Below, in pieces: positions 36,237 through 51,740 of a DNA stretch of 64,000 nt (position 1 is the first letter of the stretch; the number at the start of each line of letters is the position of its first letter). Under the pieces are notes generated by a model. The model saw nothing but the letters and a program-made list of their open reading frames with translations. It was not told the DNA's origin and made no database searches. Source of the DNA: the human T2T-CHM13v2.0 reference genome, Homo sapiens; NCBI RefSeq assembly GCF_009914755.1, contig NC_060929.1; one strand, written 5' to 3'. The position numbers were made by a program, and so were the translations under genes.

Positions 36237-37019
36237 TTTTTAAAATATTTTTAATAAGTGTCACCAAATTGCCTTCTAGAATAGTTATACTAATTTTATA
36301 TTCCCAACAATTTTTTATTTTTCTAAATCCTTATCAACACTGCATTGTGTTATCTTTTTTAATCTGAAAGGGAAATATTATATTCCCTCCAGTCTTTGCA
36401 GCTTCAATTCTGTCCCACACCATTTATGTCCAGAGACCTTGCTGGTTTGCAGAGAGACAAGAGTGGGTTGAGTGGCCTGAAGTAAAGGAATGTCAGCAAG
36501 TTGCAGTTCTCTTCGCATAACTGCTCCTTCCAATGATAAGTGAAGACATTCAGCCTGTACAGTTGTCAGCTAGCTATCAAATTCACTTTAAAATTTTAGA
36601 GATTAAAAGAGAAAAAGAAAAGGTAAATCAATGTGATTGATTGCTTTGTAAGCCAAGAAATAACATTGTTTATACTGTTAGTTTCTCCTGGTATAAGATA
36701 CTACGGTGGTATATCTTATCCCTTGCATCACTTTTCTAAGTATTTTGAGGCGTAGCAAATTGGTGGAATGGGAAGCAAATAGCAAAACTGTAATCCCCTG
36801 CAGCTAATTCTCTATTGAAGAAACACAAGAGGCTGTCAAATGATAGAGTATTGACCTTACTTTGAATTGTGTAAATGAAAAGGACTAGAGGGAAGTGACA
36901 TTATTTTATACCGCACACACTCAGCTTCACCTCCTCCTCTTTTTGAGGCTATAGTTCCTCCAAATGTGAACTTACAGGAAAAAAAAAACTGAGCCCCAAG
37001 TACTGTGTATTGTCATAGT

Positions 37020-37245
37020 TTACATTTATAGAGCACTGTGCCAGCTACTTTACATATGCTGTCTCCTTTACTCCACGTAAGAGCCTTGTGAATTATAGGT
37101 GTTATTATCCTCATTTTGTAGATGAGGAAACTGTGAAGTACACAAGTTAATAATCTGCTCAGATACCTAGATAGTAAGGAAAGATCTAGGATTCAGGCCA
37201 GGTCAGTATGAGTCAAAAGCCCACACTGTAAATCAGTACCTTCTG
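37020..37245 (-). mobile_element. MIR remnant
   Basis: TTATTATCCTCATTTTGTAGATGAGGAAACTG core. Confidence 0.8.
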
Positions 37246-38509
37246 TACTATATGTTTATCTTCTGTTACAATATTATCTTATTATGTAGTTCTCCAGCTG
37301 AGGCCTGTGAAAGAAAGCCATTCTTCTTTGGGTAATGGGAGTCTCTTCTGAAGAGGAAGACATCCTGGAGTCAGTCACTCAGCAAAAAGGATGGGTCTCA
37401 GGAGAAAAAATAATTTTAAAAAAATACACCTGAGAGTCGGTCGCAGATGAGCAGGAGATGTGACATCTTCCTATGTGTATCCCTCTTTAAAAGTACATCT
37501 TGCAAGTTGTCTAGAAGGGTACTTCTGAGTGTTGGAAGCTAATAACAACAACAAAGTCCTCTCCATGAAGGACAGAGAGTGGAGGTGAAGAAGGAGAACC
37601 CCAAGCAGTTCTCTTAAGCTATTAATGAGGAAAATATTTCTAATAAGCCAAATTATGTAGATCAGGAATTATCTGTGCTCATTTCCTAGTTGTTTTCCCT
37701 CATTATTTAATGAGATTTCTTATACTGCTACAGCAAGTACAAGAGTAAGAATGGGAATTCCATAGTACTTGTGCCTCCATTCCCCGTTATTGCCTTTGGC
37801 CAGGTTAATCATTCAATTCACAGTATTCTTTTCCCCTGAGCCCCAACATAGCCTCAGCATCTATCTTACCCAGCTTACGGATGTTACAGTATCTTTTTCC
37901 CCTCCCCAAATTATGGCAAATGTACTCAGTGGGAAACAATTAGAGTTTTTCCTTTTAGTTCTAGCCTTTGAAAGTCTGTTTTATTTCAGTAAAGTATGAT
38001 TTATTTGTGTGCTGCTACAGTAGTACCAAAGTAGCAGCTGTTACTGGTTTTAGTAGCTGCTAACCTGGCAATGCCATCATCTCCTAGCTGTCCATCAGTG
38101 CAATGTAGATCTCCCTCTTAGGAAGGAAATGCTGACAAGGAAGGAATAGAACTTTCTAGGTGTGGAGTGGAGCAGGGAGGACAAGGAGGGATATCATACC
38201 TAGAGAGGAAGATCAAAAGCAAACCTAAGCCCTGTCACTTTTGTTTATACTAATGTGAGTCTAACTCCTAGATTTTCAGCTTTTTGAGGGCAGGATCAAC
38301 AATTTCAGTAAGTATTGCTGAATAATACATATTGAATAAAGCTGCATTCCAGTAAATAAATGGATAACATGGCCAAGCCTTCTTTTCCATGGTCTTTTAT
38401 TATCGCCATGGAATGCTGAGGCACTTGAGCAAAATGAGGTAGTTTCCTATTTCAGAAGTATTCATCATTCTGTTGCAAGGTCAAAATAGTATATTAATTA
38501 CTGTCTTAA

Positions 38510-38639
38510 CCCATTTATGCCTAGTCTTCCATTATTAAGACGCTAAGCTTGTGGGAGTTATTTGTATCCTACTGCTCAAGGTCATCACCAAGGTCTGATT
38601 TTTCACACAAAAAAATTTGCAACCTTCGGCATAAATGGG
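38510..38639 (+). mobile_element. MER85 (piggyBac/PGBD3-derived MITE)
   Basis: TTAA TSDs at 38506-38509 and 38640-38643; TIRs CCCATTTATGCC / GGCATAAATGGG; 130 bp; interior CTGCTCAAGGTCATCACCAAGGTCTGATT. Confidence 0.93.
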
Positions 38640-39059
38640 TTAATACAGATGTATCTGACATAGTCCAAAAGGCAGGACATATATGCCAAATTGCAATATT
38701 AACATAGAGATAACAGTTATGATTCTAAATATTTCTTGATGATAGATTATGCAGTCCTTTACAGATTTTTTTTCCCAATCAGGCAGTTCTTGGCCTGCCT
38801 ATTTCATCTGTTGCTACAGAATATAGGACCTTTCCTTTCCCTCTAAGGATATCAACATAAAAAGGCCCCAAAAGTTTTCTCACTTTTACCCTGGCCTTCC
38901 CAACAAACACAAAACCAGTGAAAATTACCAAAATTACCCTAGCTCTTTTCATCACATGGGTATACAGTGCTGTTCTTTCTTGGGAAGGGGAAGGAGGGAA
39001 AATGTCTAACCTTGGTTTAAATTGAATTTGAGGCAAAGGTAGAAAAACAGTGGTGTAGA

Positions 39060-39430
39060 ACTGTTCTTTTCTGAAGTACCTGGCTTTCTTAGACCTTCAT
39101 GCCTTTGCACTTCATCTACCCAGAGTACAGTCCTCTGTTTACAAGTCCATGTGGCAACTTCAATTATCCTTCAAACTTAGCCTGTTCTGTGAAGCCTTTC
39201 CCCCTGCCCTCCTGCCAAAGGAAAGTTAGTCTCTTTTTCTGTTCACATAACATCTTGACATACCTCTCTGATGGCATTTGTCACATTGTATGGAATTATT
39301 TATTTACAGATCGATTTCCCCCAACGGACTGAACTCCCTCAGGGCAGAGATTTTATTTTATTCATTTGTTTATACTAACACCTCACACATAGTAGCTGTT
39401 AAATAAATGCTGTCATATTGAGTTGAATCT
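39060..39430 (+). mobile_element. L2 3' end
   Basis: CCTGTTCTGTGAAGCCTTTCCC..GACTGAACTCCCTCAGGGCAGAG..TAAATAAATGCT. Confidence 0.7.
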
Positions 39431-40039
39431 TTATGCAACTATTGTTATCTCTCTAAGGTAAGTTACATTGAGATCATGAAAGAGGGTACAGAATTTGGTA
39501 TTGAGTAAATTACCAGATATGCTTCAGCCTTCTAGACAGTGGTTTTGTCATTCAGATATATAAATTATAAGCAAAGTTATATGGACTTCTAAGGCTACAC
39601 AGAAGAGAATATGCATATGGAAATGCTCCACATACATGGAACAGATCAAGGCAGATCAAGAAGAGGGAACCTTTACCCTGTGCTGGTCCTGTGTTTCATG
39701 CTCTGCTAGAAGTATTGGTCCTTCTTAACCTCTTAGTACACATGTGATTACCATAATATATATATGTCAGTCAAGCTTCAAACCAGGAAAAACAAGCATG
39801 ATAATACTTTTGGAATGGATAACTTATTTTAGAAATTAGACCTTATACAATCTTAGGCAAAGATGGGGAAATAGGGCCAAAGTGGGGAGTTGGAGGTTCA
39901 GGGGAAAAATATCACTGATCAGCCCTCCTGAAATAATGGCATAGACAAGTTGGAATTTGCAGGGAAATCTAGAAACCAGGCACATTTAGGTGCTAGAGTG
40001 GAACTATGAAAGGATTAGGGGTGAGAAGGTAGCTGGTGT

Positions 40040-40385
40040 TATGGTATAGAAGTCAGTAGAAGGCTGTTGCGTCTGCATAGCTATTGCTTCTGTAAGTGTG
40101 CTACCACCTGTTTGGTGGTGGGCTTGGAGATATTGGTCAGCAGGGCTGGTAGTTCTAGACACAAACAGGACAAGGAAGAACAAGGACAAAGTGAAACCGA
40201 GCAGCATTTCTACCTGTTACTCTTACCACCTCTAACCACAGCAACCTTTAAAAAGTCATGGCAGCTACTCCACTCCCAGCATCCAAATCTCACACAAATG
40301 TCTCTTTTGGCCAATTCTAGCCCACAACCATAAAGGGAAGTGGATTCTAAGAAACTTAATTCTTGTTAGCTAAGTTGACACAGTG
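40040..40385. mobile_element. Old MaLR LTR remnant (MLT1-like)
   Basis: AAGGGAAGTGGATTCTAAGAAA..TTAGCTAAGTTGACACA terminus-like motifs; heavily diverged. Confidence 0.45.
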
Positions 40386-41270
40386 TAAGCCACTATATTA
40401 TACTTCTAAATTTTGTAAATTGAATTTAGTTTCAATTTTAGAAGCAATACTCATTTGACCAGGAAAAAGCAGAGGTAAGAAACATATATTACTTTATATT
40501 TTTTTAAAACATTATCAAGTATTGCCTAGTAACATACTTACTAGCACACATTTCAGAAACAGAAATCATTGATTGTAAATGCTAACTGTACTACAGAAGA
40601 TTTTAGGGTGATCATACAAACATTTCTTTGTCTTCTGATGGTCAACGCAGAATTTAAGTACAATTTTTAAAACAATCATCTCTTGAGATCTTCTGAAGAA
40701 GGATCTAAGAAGAAAAAGGAAGTAATATTTACTGTACACTGCACCAAGAACTTCTGTGTGTGTTATTTCATTGAATTCGTATACCAAACCTGTGAGGCTC
40801 CTAAAAATGAAGTAACTCAAGATCAAATTCATATAAAAGGTCAAAAATTTGCCGAGAATTTAGGGTAATTTACATCTCAGTCAGGTTATCTTTTTCTCTT
40901 GACTTAGTTTTATCCTACTTTTTAAAATTTTTTACTGACAGGATAACACATAGAGTAAAATGAATAGTCTTAAGAGTACAACTTAATGAAATTTTACATA
41001 TCTATGTATACATCTGTGTAATCACCATGCAGATAAAAATATAGAGCTTTTCCAATATAAGGATATTGATTTTTCCTTGGGCCTTTTGTACTTCCAGGTA
41101 AACTGCCATATGTATTTATATTTTTTATTACAATGAATAAAAAAAAATTCTTAAAAATATGCTGGGAGGAAGTGAACATTAGCAGTAAAGTAAAAATGTT
41201 AAATAGTGTGTCCCATAACTACTTTGAATGACATCTACTTATGTCACTTTCTGCTTTTATCCTGAAACAG

Positions 41271-41485
41271 GTAATCAGATCCTGTCCCTTGGGAGCCTCT
41301 CAAAAGATCAGATTTATCCAATGAAACTCAAGGGCATCTCCATCTGCTATTCAGCTCTCAAGTCTGCCTTGTGTGGAAATTATGTCAGCTTTGGCGTCTT
41401 CAAGTTGTATGGGGACAACCATTTTGACAATGTACTCCAGGCTTTTGTCAAAATGCTGCTGTCAGTGTCCCACAGTGACTTGCTA
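41271..41485 (+). CDS. RANBP17: RANBP17 coding exon E (215 nt)
   Basis: CAG acceptor; encodes (G)[71 protein letters not shown]; donor GTAAGC at 41486. Confidence 0.93.
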
Positions 41486-42129
41486 GTAAGCAATCATGCA
41501 TCATGGGAGTGTTTGTATGAAATGTGAAGTAACACCACCACAGGCCTGGAAGTGTTATAATGAAGCCCAGGGAGTTAGCCTAGAACATTTTATGTTTTAA
41601 GACAGCATACTTGATCTAACTTACAGAATTTGGAAAACTATAGTGGCTTTTTTTTTTTTTTAGCATCTCTGCCTGATTATATAGAAACCAATATGTGCCC
41701 AATGTAGTAGCAGTAATTACTTGAGTAACATAGCCAAATCATGCTTAGGCTTAGTTCAGGCTTTCCCACCTGCTCCCACTCAAGGTTACAAGTAAAATCT
41801 GGAAGGCCTTTGTTAGTCAACCTGTGTAAGAAATGCTTCTTGATCTCCTAGTGGACTAGTGCATCATCTTCCACCTTTATAAACTAATCTTGGAATGGCT
41901 GCATCTCAAGCCAAAGAGAGGACTTCCTTGTAGTAGAATGGAATGATCATTGAAGGATATGTCTGTTAGACAGAAATTACAAAGTAGAAACTTGAGTCAA
42001 ATCAGCCATATGTTAAAATCACCTCATCAAAGAGTTACTTCACTACAGTTAAAGTCCACCAAGACAACTGGTATGGTTCCAAGAATTTTTCTCTAATTTT
42101 TTTATTCTAATAGTCAAACAAACCTTCAA

Positions 42130-42318
42130 CTCAGTAATTCTCCAACTTGAAGGTGCATAAGACTCTCTTAACGTGTGTTAAAAATATACATTTCAGAGCC
42201 TACACTAGAGCTTGTCATTTAGCGAGTCTGAAGTGGGGATCAGGAAACTGCGTTTTTAACAAGCACCCCAAGTGATTCCTATTGAGTTGGTCTTAACATC
42301 ACTTTAAGAAATGCTCCT
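42130..42318. mobile_element. MER5-type hAT-Charlie MITE
   Basis: CAGTAATTCTCCAACTT..GCGTTTTTAACAAGCACCCCAAGTGATTC..ACTTTAAGAAA. Confidence 0.7.
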
Positions 42319-42328
42319 CTGGTTTCTC

Positions 42329-42465
42329 TTTTTTTCTTTTTTTTTTTTTAGAGGCAGGGTCTTGCTGTGTTGCCCAGCCTGTTCTTAGACTCCTGGGCTT
42401 AAGCAATTCTCCTGCCTCAGCCTCCCAAGTAGCTGGAATTACCAGCATGAACCTCCATGCCCAGC
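42329..42465 (-). mobile_element. FLAM-like Alu monomer
   Basis: Poly-T + single antisense monomer. Confidence 0.85.
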
Positions 42466-43024
42466 TTCTCTAATTTATCTTACAAGTGTGTTTCTTTGAT
42501 ACTGGTTTGGATTGCATTTGAGATTTTTCAGGTATCTTTCTCATGCACTTATCTTTTGCCTGTAGTGTATGGTAAATATTAAGCCCTTTACCAAATTATT
42601 ATTTAGTTAGATGGATTAGCATTATATTAATACAACAGACTATGGTGCCAAATCCCATTATAACAGCAAATGTCTTTGTGTTTAAAAAACCAACAAAAAA
42701 AAGGTTTCCTAGCGACTGTTAAGCACTGTTCAGTGTTACAGTATTCCAATCCAGAAAAATAATTCACACAGTCTTCTAAATATCGTACTGCAGGGATTTT
42801 ACTTTTAAGTGCTAACCATATAAGGTAAAGAGATCAAGCGATTCCTATCAGAACCCCTTTAAATGCTGGATTGGGACTCATTATGTCATTTGCTCTATAT
42901 ATTTATTGACCTTGTGTTTAAATAAGTTTACAATTTCCAGTATTATAAATGACAATTTTCACTGGACTGTAACATGTATTTTTCTTCTCTGTGGCTTGAC
43001 ATTTAGTATATCTCTGTGTTGTAG

Positions 43025-43163
43025 CAATACCGGAAACTGAGCCAGTCTTATTATCCACTCCTGGAATGTCTCACTCAGGACCATATGAGCTTCATCATCA
43101 ACTTAGAGCCTCCTGTACTCATGTATGTTCTCACATCTATCTCAGAGGGACTCACTACTCTTG
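43025..43163 (+). CDS. RANBP17: RANBP17 coding exon F (139 nt)
   Basis: TAG acceptor at 43022-43024; encodes [46 protein letters not shown]+1 nt; donor G|GTAAGG; next exon not seen in window. Confidence 0.92.
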
Positions 43164-43351
43164 GTAAGGATCATAGAGGACATTGTTTCCATAGGAAAAA
43201 CTTGATTATGGGCTTTTAATGTATGTGATTATTGAGACTATCATCCTACAAAGGGGGAAAAGATATTGTGAACCCAAACTGAAAGATTATAATTATTACT
43301 TGCAAGTGGGAAAAATGTATTTCTTCATATTTTGATACATAGTCAGTTATG

Positions 43352-44080
43352 TTTTAATCAGCTTTACTGAGGTATAATTTACATACAATAAAATTCAGTG
43401 ACTTTAAGTGGATAGTTCAGTGAGTCCTTGTACAAATGTGTACATGTACACAAACATAACCACCACGACCAATATGTAGCACATTTTTATCACCACAAAA
43501 AGCTCCTTTTTTTCCTCCTTCTAATCAATCCCTTCCCCCTACCTCTCACCCCAGGAAACTAATGCTTTCTCTCACAATAGTTTTCTTTTCCAGAATTACA
43601 TTCAAGTGGAATTGTATAATATGAAGTTATTTGCATCTGGCTTCTTTCATTTAGCATAGTGACTTTGAGATTCATTCATGTTATTTTGAAAATCAATTAG
43701 TTTATTCCTTTCTATTGCTGAGTATTATTCCATTGTATGTATTATTAGTTTGTTTATTCACCAGCTGATGGACATTTGGGTTACTTTCATTATTTGACTA
43801 TTTTGAATACAGCTATTATGAACATTCCTATACAAGTATTTATGTAGGTAAATTTTTTTTATTTCTCTTGGGTACATACCTAGAAGTGGGATTTCTAGGT
43901 TATATGCTAAGTGTATTTTTAACATTATAAGAAACTAACAAACTGTTTCCCAGAGTGACAGTGACAGCATTTTGCTGTCACCAACAGTATATGAGGATTC
44001 CAGTTGCTCTGTATACTCACTAACATTATTAACATCTTTTTCATCTTAGCCATGATAGTGGGTGTGAAGTAGAATCTTCA
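43352..44080 (-). mobile_element. Old L1M 3' end
   Basis: TTTTAATCAGCTTTACTGAGGTATAATTTACATACAATAAAATT..GATGGACATTTGGGTT. Confidence 0.85.
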
Positions 44081-44135
44081 AGTTGACTAATCTTTTCTTC
44101 TGTGATACCTAATATTCTATTAATACTGTATTTGG

Positions 44136-46539
<2,404 letters not shown>

Positions 46540-48427
46540 TAAGTCACTGTTCAGACAAACACTGGAGAGGACTCCCTTGGAGAGCTGTAGAACTCTCTTA
46601 CGTAGGTCCCACACTCTGGTACTCTGTACTACAAGTTTTAGCTGCTTTAGCCTTCCCAGATTTCAACCTTTTATTCTCCAACTCAGTGAGCCTGTTTGGC
46701 TTTGTTTGGGTTTTCCCTTTACTAGCCTGCAATCTGGAAACTGCTCTGGGCAGTAAACTTGAGCAATTGTTTTCCTCCTCTCTGGTTTAATGATCCTGTA
46801 CTGCTTGTTGTACAATAATTGAAAACCATTGTTTCGTATAATTTGTCCTGTTTTCTAGTTGTTTGGCAGGAGGGCAAATTCTCATAGCAGTTAATTCTTC
46901 ATGGAATAAGAAGAAATTCTGTCTTCTATTATTACAGTTTGGCTGGACATTCTTTTATCTTACATCATAGTAATACTTGAAGATTTTGAATTAGTTTCAG
47001 TTAGCTATGTTATTTTCAACATGTGATCTTGTTAAGACTTAGAATCTGCATTTTAACAGACTTTCAAGGGCATCTTGACAAAGTGGCATTACGAAGGGAA
47101 TACTGAACTTGGATTTAAGTCCCAGCACTACCACTTACTACTTGTGTGACCATGGGCACATGTGGTGTGCCTGCTGCTGTCATAGGTGTTTCATGTGGAT
47201 ACTTGACTCTCTTCATTCTCAGAACCATTTGTATACCAAAAGCAGGTTAGGTACTCTAAGAGCACTCTTTATTCTTATATTCTACTTGGTTGTAAGCTTC
47301 TGAAGGGCAGAAACAGTGTCTTACTCACTATTTCCAGCTCCTAGCATTATAGTAAGTGTTCGATAAATATTTACTGAATGCATTAATTAGATAATATTAT
47401 TTTCATTATACAGATGAGGTAAGCTGTGGCTCAGAGAGGTGAAACAATTTGCCTAAGATCATAAAACTAATAAGTGAATGACCTAGGAATCATTCAAACT
47501 CTAAAACCCCTTCTTCCTCACCACACTACCCTGCTAGATCTACCTGATAAAGGTCACAGCTTTGACAGCTAGAGGCCTGGTAGAGATTATTTTCTTTGTA
47601 CATATTGGTGGTTTATCTTCAGCCTCTTGTATTGTTGCAGATTCACATTGTAACCACTGGATAACTCTAGCAGGTGAATTTGGGCCCTGTGTCATCAAGA
47701 AAGGGGACTATTTAGAATGTTGAAAGTAACTACTTGAATTTTTCCTTTCCCAACAATGATATATTTTAAAAAGAGGAATTTATTGGTATTGTTTGGACTA
47801 CAGGCAGGTTTAATTTCTATTGTTGCCTTGATGGAAAAAATAAGGAGGTACAGAAAAGTTGAATCAGTGATAGAGTGATGACTTGCCGAATATTCCAAAA
47901 ATGATACAAAAAATTTTAGTTAATTTCATTCATTAGCATTTTTAATTTCATGCTATCTTTTTAATCATCCATCCATTCTCTGCCCACCCCAACCCGCAAC
48001 TCTTATGCACAGACACCAAGCACAGTGTCTTCAAAAAGCTGCTCTTACTAATGGCTCTGAACTCCTTCATTCAGTAATTATCAGTTGTGCATATACTATG
48101 TACCAAGTACCTTTCTAAACCTTGGCAGTACTGAAGGGAACAAGACAGATAAGATTCCTGCCCACATGAAAGCTTGCATTCTAGTGGGAAGAGATAAGCA
48201 ATAATTGAACAAACAAATACACATGCCAAAAAAATCAAATCATTATATGCGCTAAACAAAGAATTAAAATGGGGTGGTGGAAAAAGAATAAGTCAAGATG
48301 GCTGACTGAAGACATCAGACATCTGCCCTCTCCCAAAAGAAGAACCAAAATTATGAATAGATAATCTTATACCTCGAATAGAACATCTAGAAGAGAAGAC
48401 TAGAGTCCTATAAAGAACTCACAGGAA

Positions 48428-48846
<419 letters not shown>

Positions 48847-51398
48847 TTAGGCAGTCCACGTGCCTGCCACAGACTACTGCAATCTAAACCACATGAAAGC
48901 TTTTCTACCCTTATGAACTCAACATTAACATGAGCAGTGATTTGAAGACCCTGTAAAGGCATTGCACCAGCCAGGGAACTGGTGCTGGGTCACTCACCCT
49001 TCCAGACCTGAAAAGGTGCAGCAGGGTACCATTTGAAGAGTGCAGCCATCACAGGACTGCATCTGCCCCTGGAAACCACAGCCCTTGTATCTCCACATCC
49101 TGAGAATTCCTGCTGACATTCCCCAGTGTCCACCCAGAGAGCTGCACTCACCCAGCCTGCACCACTCAAGACCCAAAGGGTCATCCTACCACTGCTACTT
49201 CCATCACCCATGCCACGTGGGCCACCCAAGGACCCTAGAATCTGCTCGCCCACCCAGCCCACCGCTGCTACTACCAGCATATGTGCAAGCCACCTGGAGG
49301 CCCAAGAATCAGCTTGCCCATAACTGCCAACACAAGTGCCAGCCTATACTACCCTGGGGCACAAAGACAGGCACGTTCATCCCACCATTGCCACCACTGG
49401 GCCTGAAGACTGAGACCTGCCTGGTTTCCCAGCTCCCAGCACAAAATTTGCCACAGCTTCCACTAATAACTGCACCCTAACCCTCCAAGAAAGTTACAGA
49501 AAGCACTAATGCTACTTACAACCAAAGAAATAATACTACACTACTATACTACTGCATACATCCACAATCAAAGCCAAAGTGCCCTACCCAACCAATACCA
49601 CAGATACTTCTTCAGGAAAAATGCCTCCCCTATGAAAGTAAATTCAAAAACAAGAAAAAGTGACTGTTAAACTGGATGTACAGATATCAACATAAGGCCA
49701 CAGGAAACATGAAAACAAGAAAATATGACACCTCCCAAGGAACACAGTAATTCTCCAGCAATAGATCTTACTCAAAAAGAAATTTTCAAAATCCCAGATA
49801 AAGAATTCAAAATACTGATTTTAAAGCAGCTCAGTGTGTTATAAGAGAAATCTGAAAAACAATACAAATACAATTCAGGATATGAATGGGAACATTACCA
49901 AAGAGATTTAAATAAATAAATAAATAGAAATTCTGGAACTGAAGAATTCATTGAGGGAAATACAAAATACATTTGAAAGCTTCAATAGTTGGCTAGATCA
50001 GGCAGAAGAAAGAATCTCAGAACTTGAAGACAGGACTTTTTCAAATAATCCAGTCAGACAAAAAAAATTTGAAAGAAAAAGAATGAACCAAGCCTTCATG
50101 ACATATGAAACAACATAAAGTGATTGAATATTCAAATTGCCAGCATCCATGAGAACAGAGACAAAGGATTAGAAAGCCCATTTACAGAAATAATAGATGA
50201 AAATTTCCCATTTATTACAAGAAATGTAGACATTCACATACAGGAAACTCAGTGATCCCTAGGAAGATACAATGCAGAAGGGTCTTTTCCATGGTACATT
50301 ATAGTCAGAATATCTATAGTAAAACTTAAAGAGCAAATCCTTAAAACTGCAAAAGAAAAGCATCTAGTTACCTATAAAAGGAACCCCATCAGGCTAACAG
50401 TGGATTTCTCAGGAGAAGCTTTACAGGCCAGAAGACAATGGAATGATACATTCAAAGTACAGAAAGAAAAACTGGCCAAGAATACTACATCCAGTAAAAT
50501 TAACCTTTGTAAATGAAGGAGATATAAAGTCTTTCCAAGAGAAGCAAATGCTAAGGGAATTTGTTTGTTACCACTAGACTGCAGCCACAAGAAATGCTCA
50601 AGGGAGTCCTAAACCTGAAAACAAAGGATGACATTTACCATCATGAAAACACACAAGAGTTTAAAATTCACTAGTAAAGCAATCACACAAAGAGAAGAAA
50701 GGACTAAAATGGTACCACGACAGAAATTCACCAAACCACAATTAGTAAGAGAAAAAGATGGGAAAAAAGAATATGTAAAACAACCAGAAAACAATTAACA
50801 ATATGACAGGAACAAACCTTCACATATCAGTAATAGCCTTGAACATAAATGGATTTAAATTATCCAGTTAAAAAGATATAGAATGGCTGAACTGATTTAA
50901 AAAAAAAATTTGATCCAACTATATACTGCTTACAAGAAACTCACCTTGGCAGTAAACACATATAGAGTGAAAGTAAAGAGAAGGAAAAAGATAATCCACA
51001 CAAACAAAAAACAAAAGCGAACAGGAATAGCTACCCTTGTATCAGATAAAACCGACTTTATATCAAGAAAAGGGGAAAAAAGACAAAGAAGGTCATTATA
51101 TAATGATAAAGGGATCAATCCAGCAAGAGACTATAGCAGTTCTAAATATGTATGTACCCAACACTGGAACACCTGGATTCCTAAAATGACTAAATTTGAA
51201 GAGACACACTACAATATAATAATAGTGGAGGACTTCAACATGCCACTGTCAGCATTAAACAGATCATCTAGACAGGAAGTCAACAAAGACACTTTGCATT
51301 TAAACTGGACTTTAGACCACATGGAATTAACAGAGCTACAGAATCTACTCAACTACAGAATATACATTCTTTTCATCGGAACATGGAACATTCTCTAG

Positions 51399-51740
<342 letters not shown>

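Noticed and set aside
48990-49480. GC-richer segment with a 146-aa Pro-rich ORF
   Set aside because: Lies in the 5'UTR of the L1M element; no splice signals or recognisable homology.
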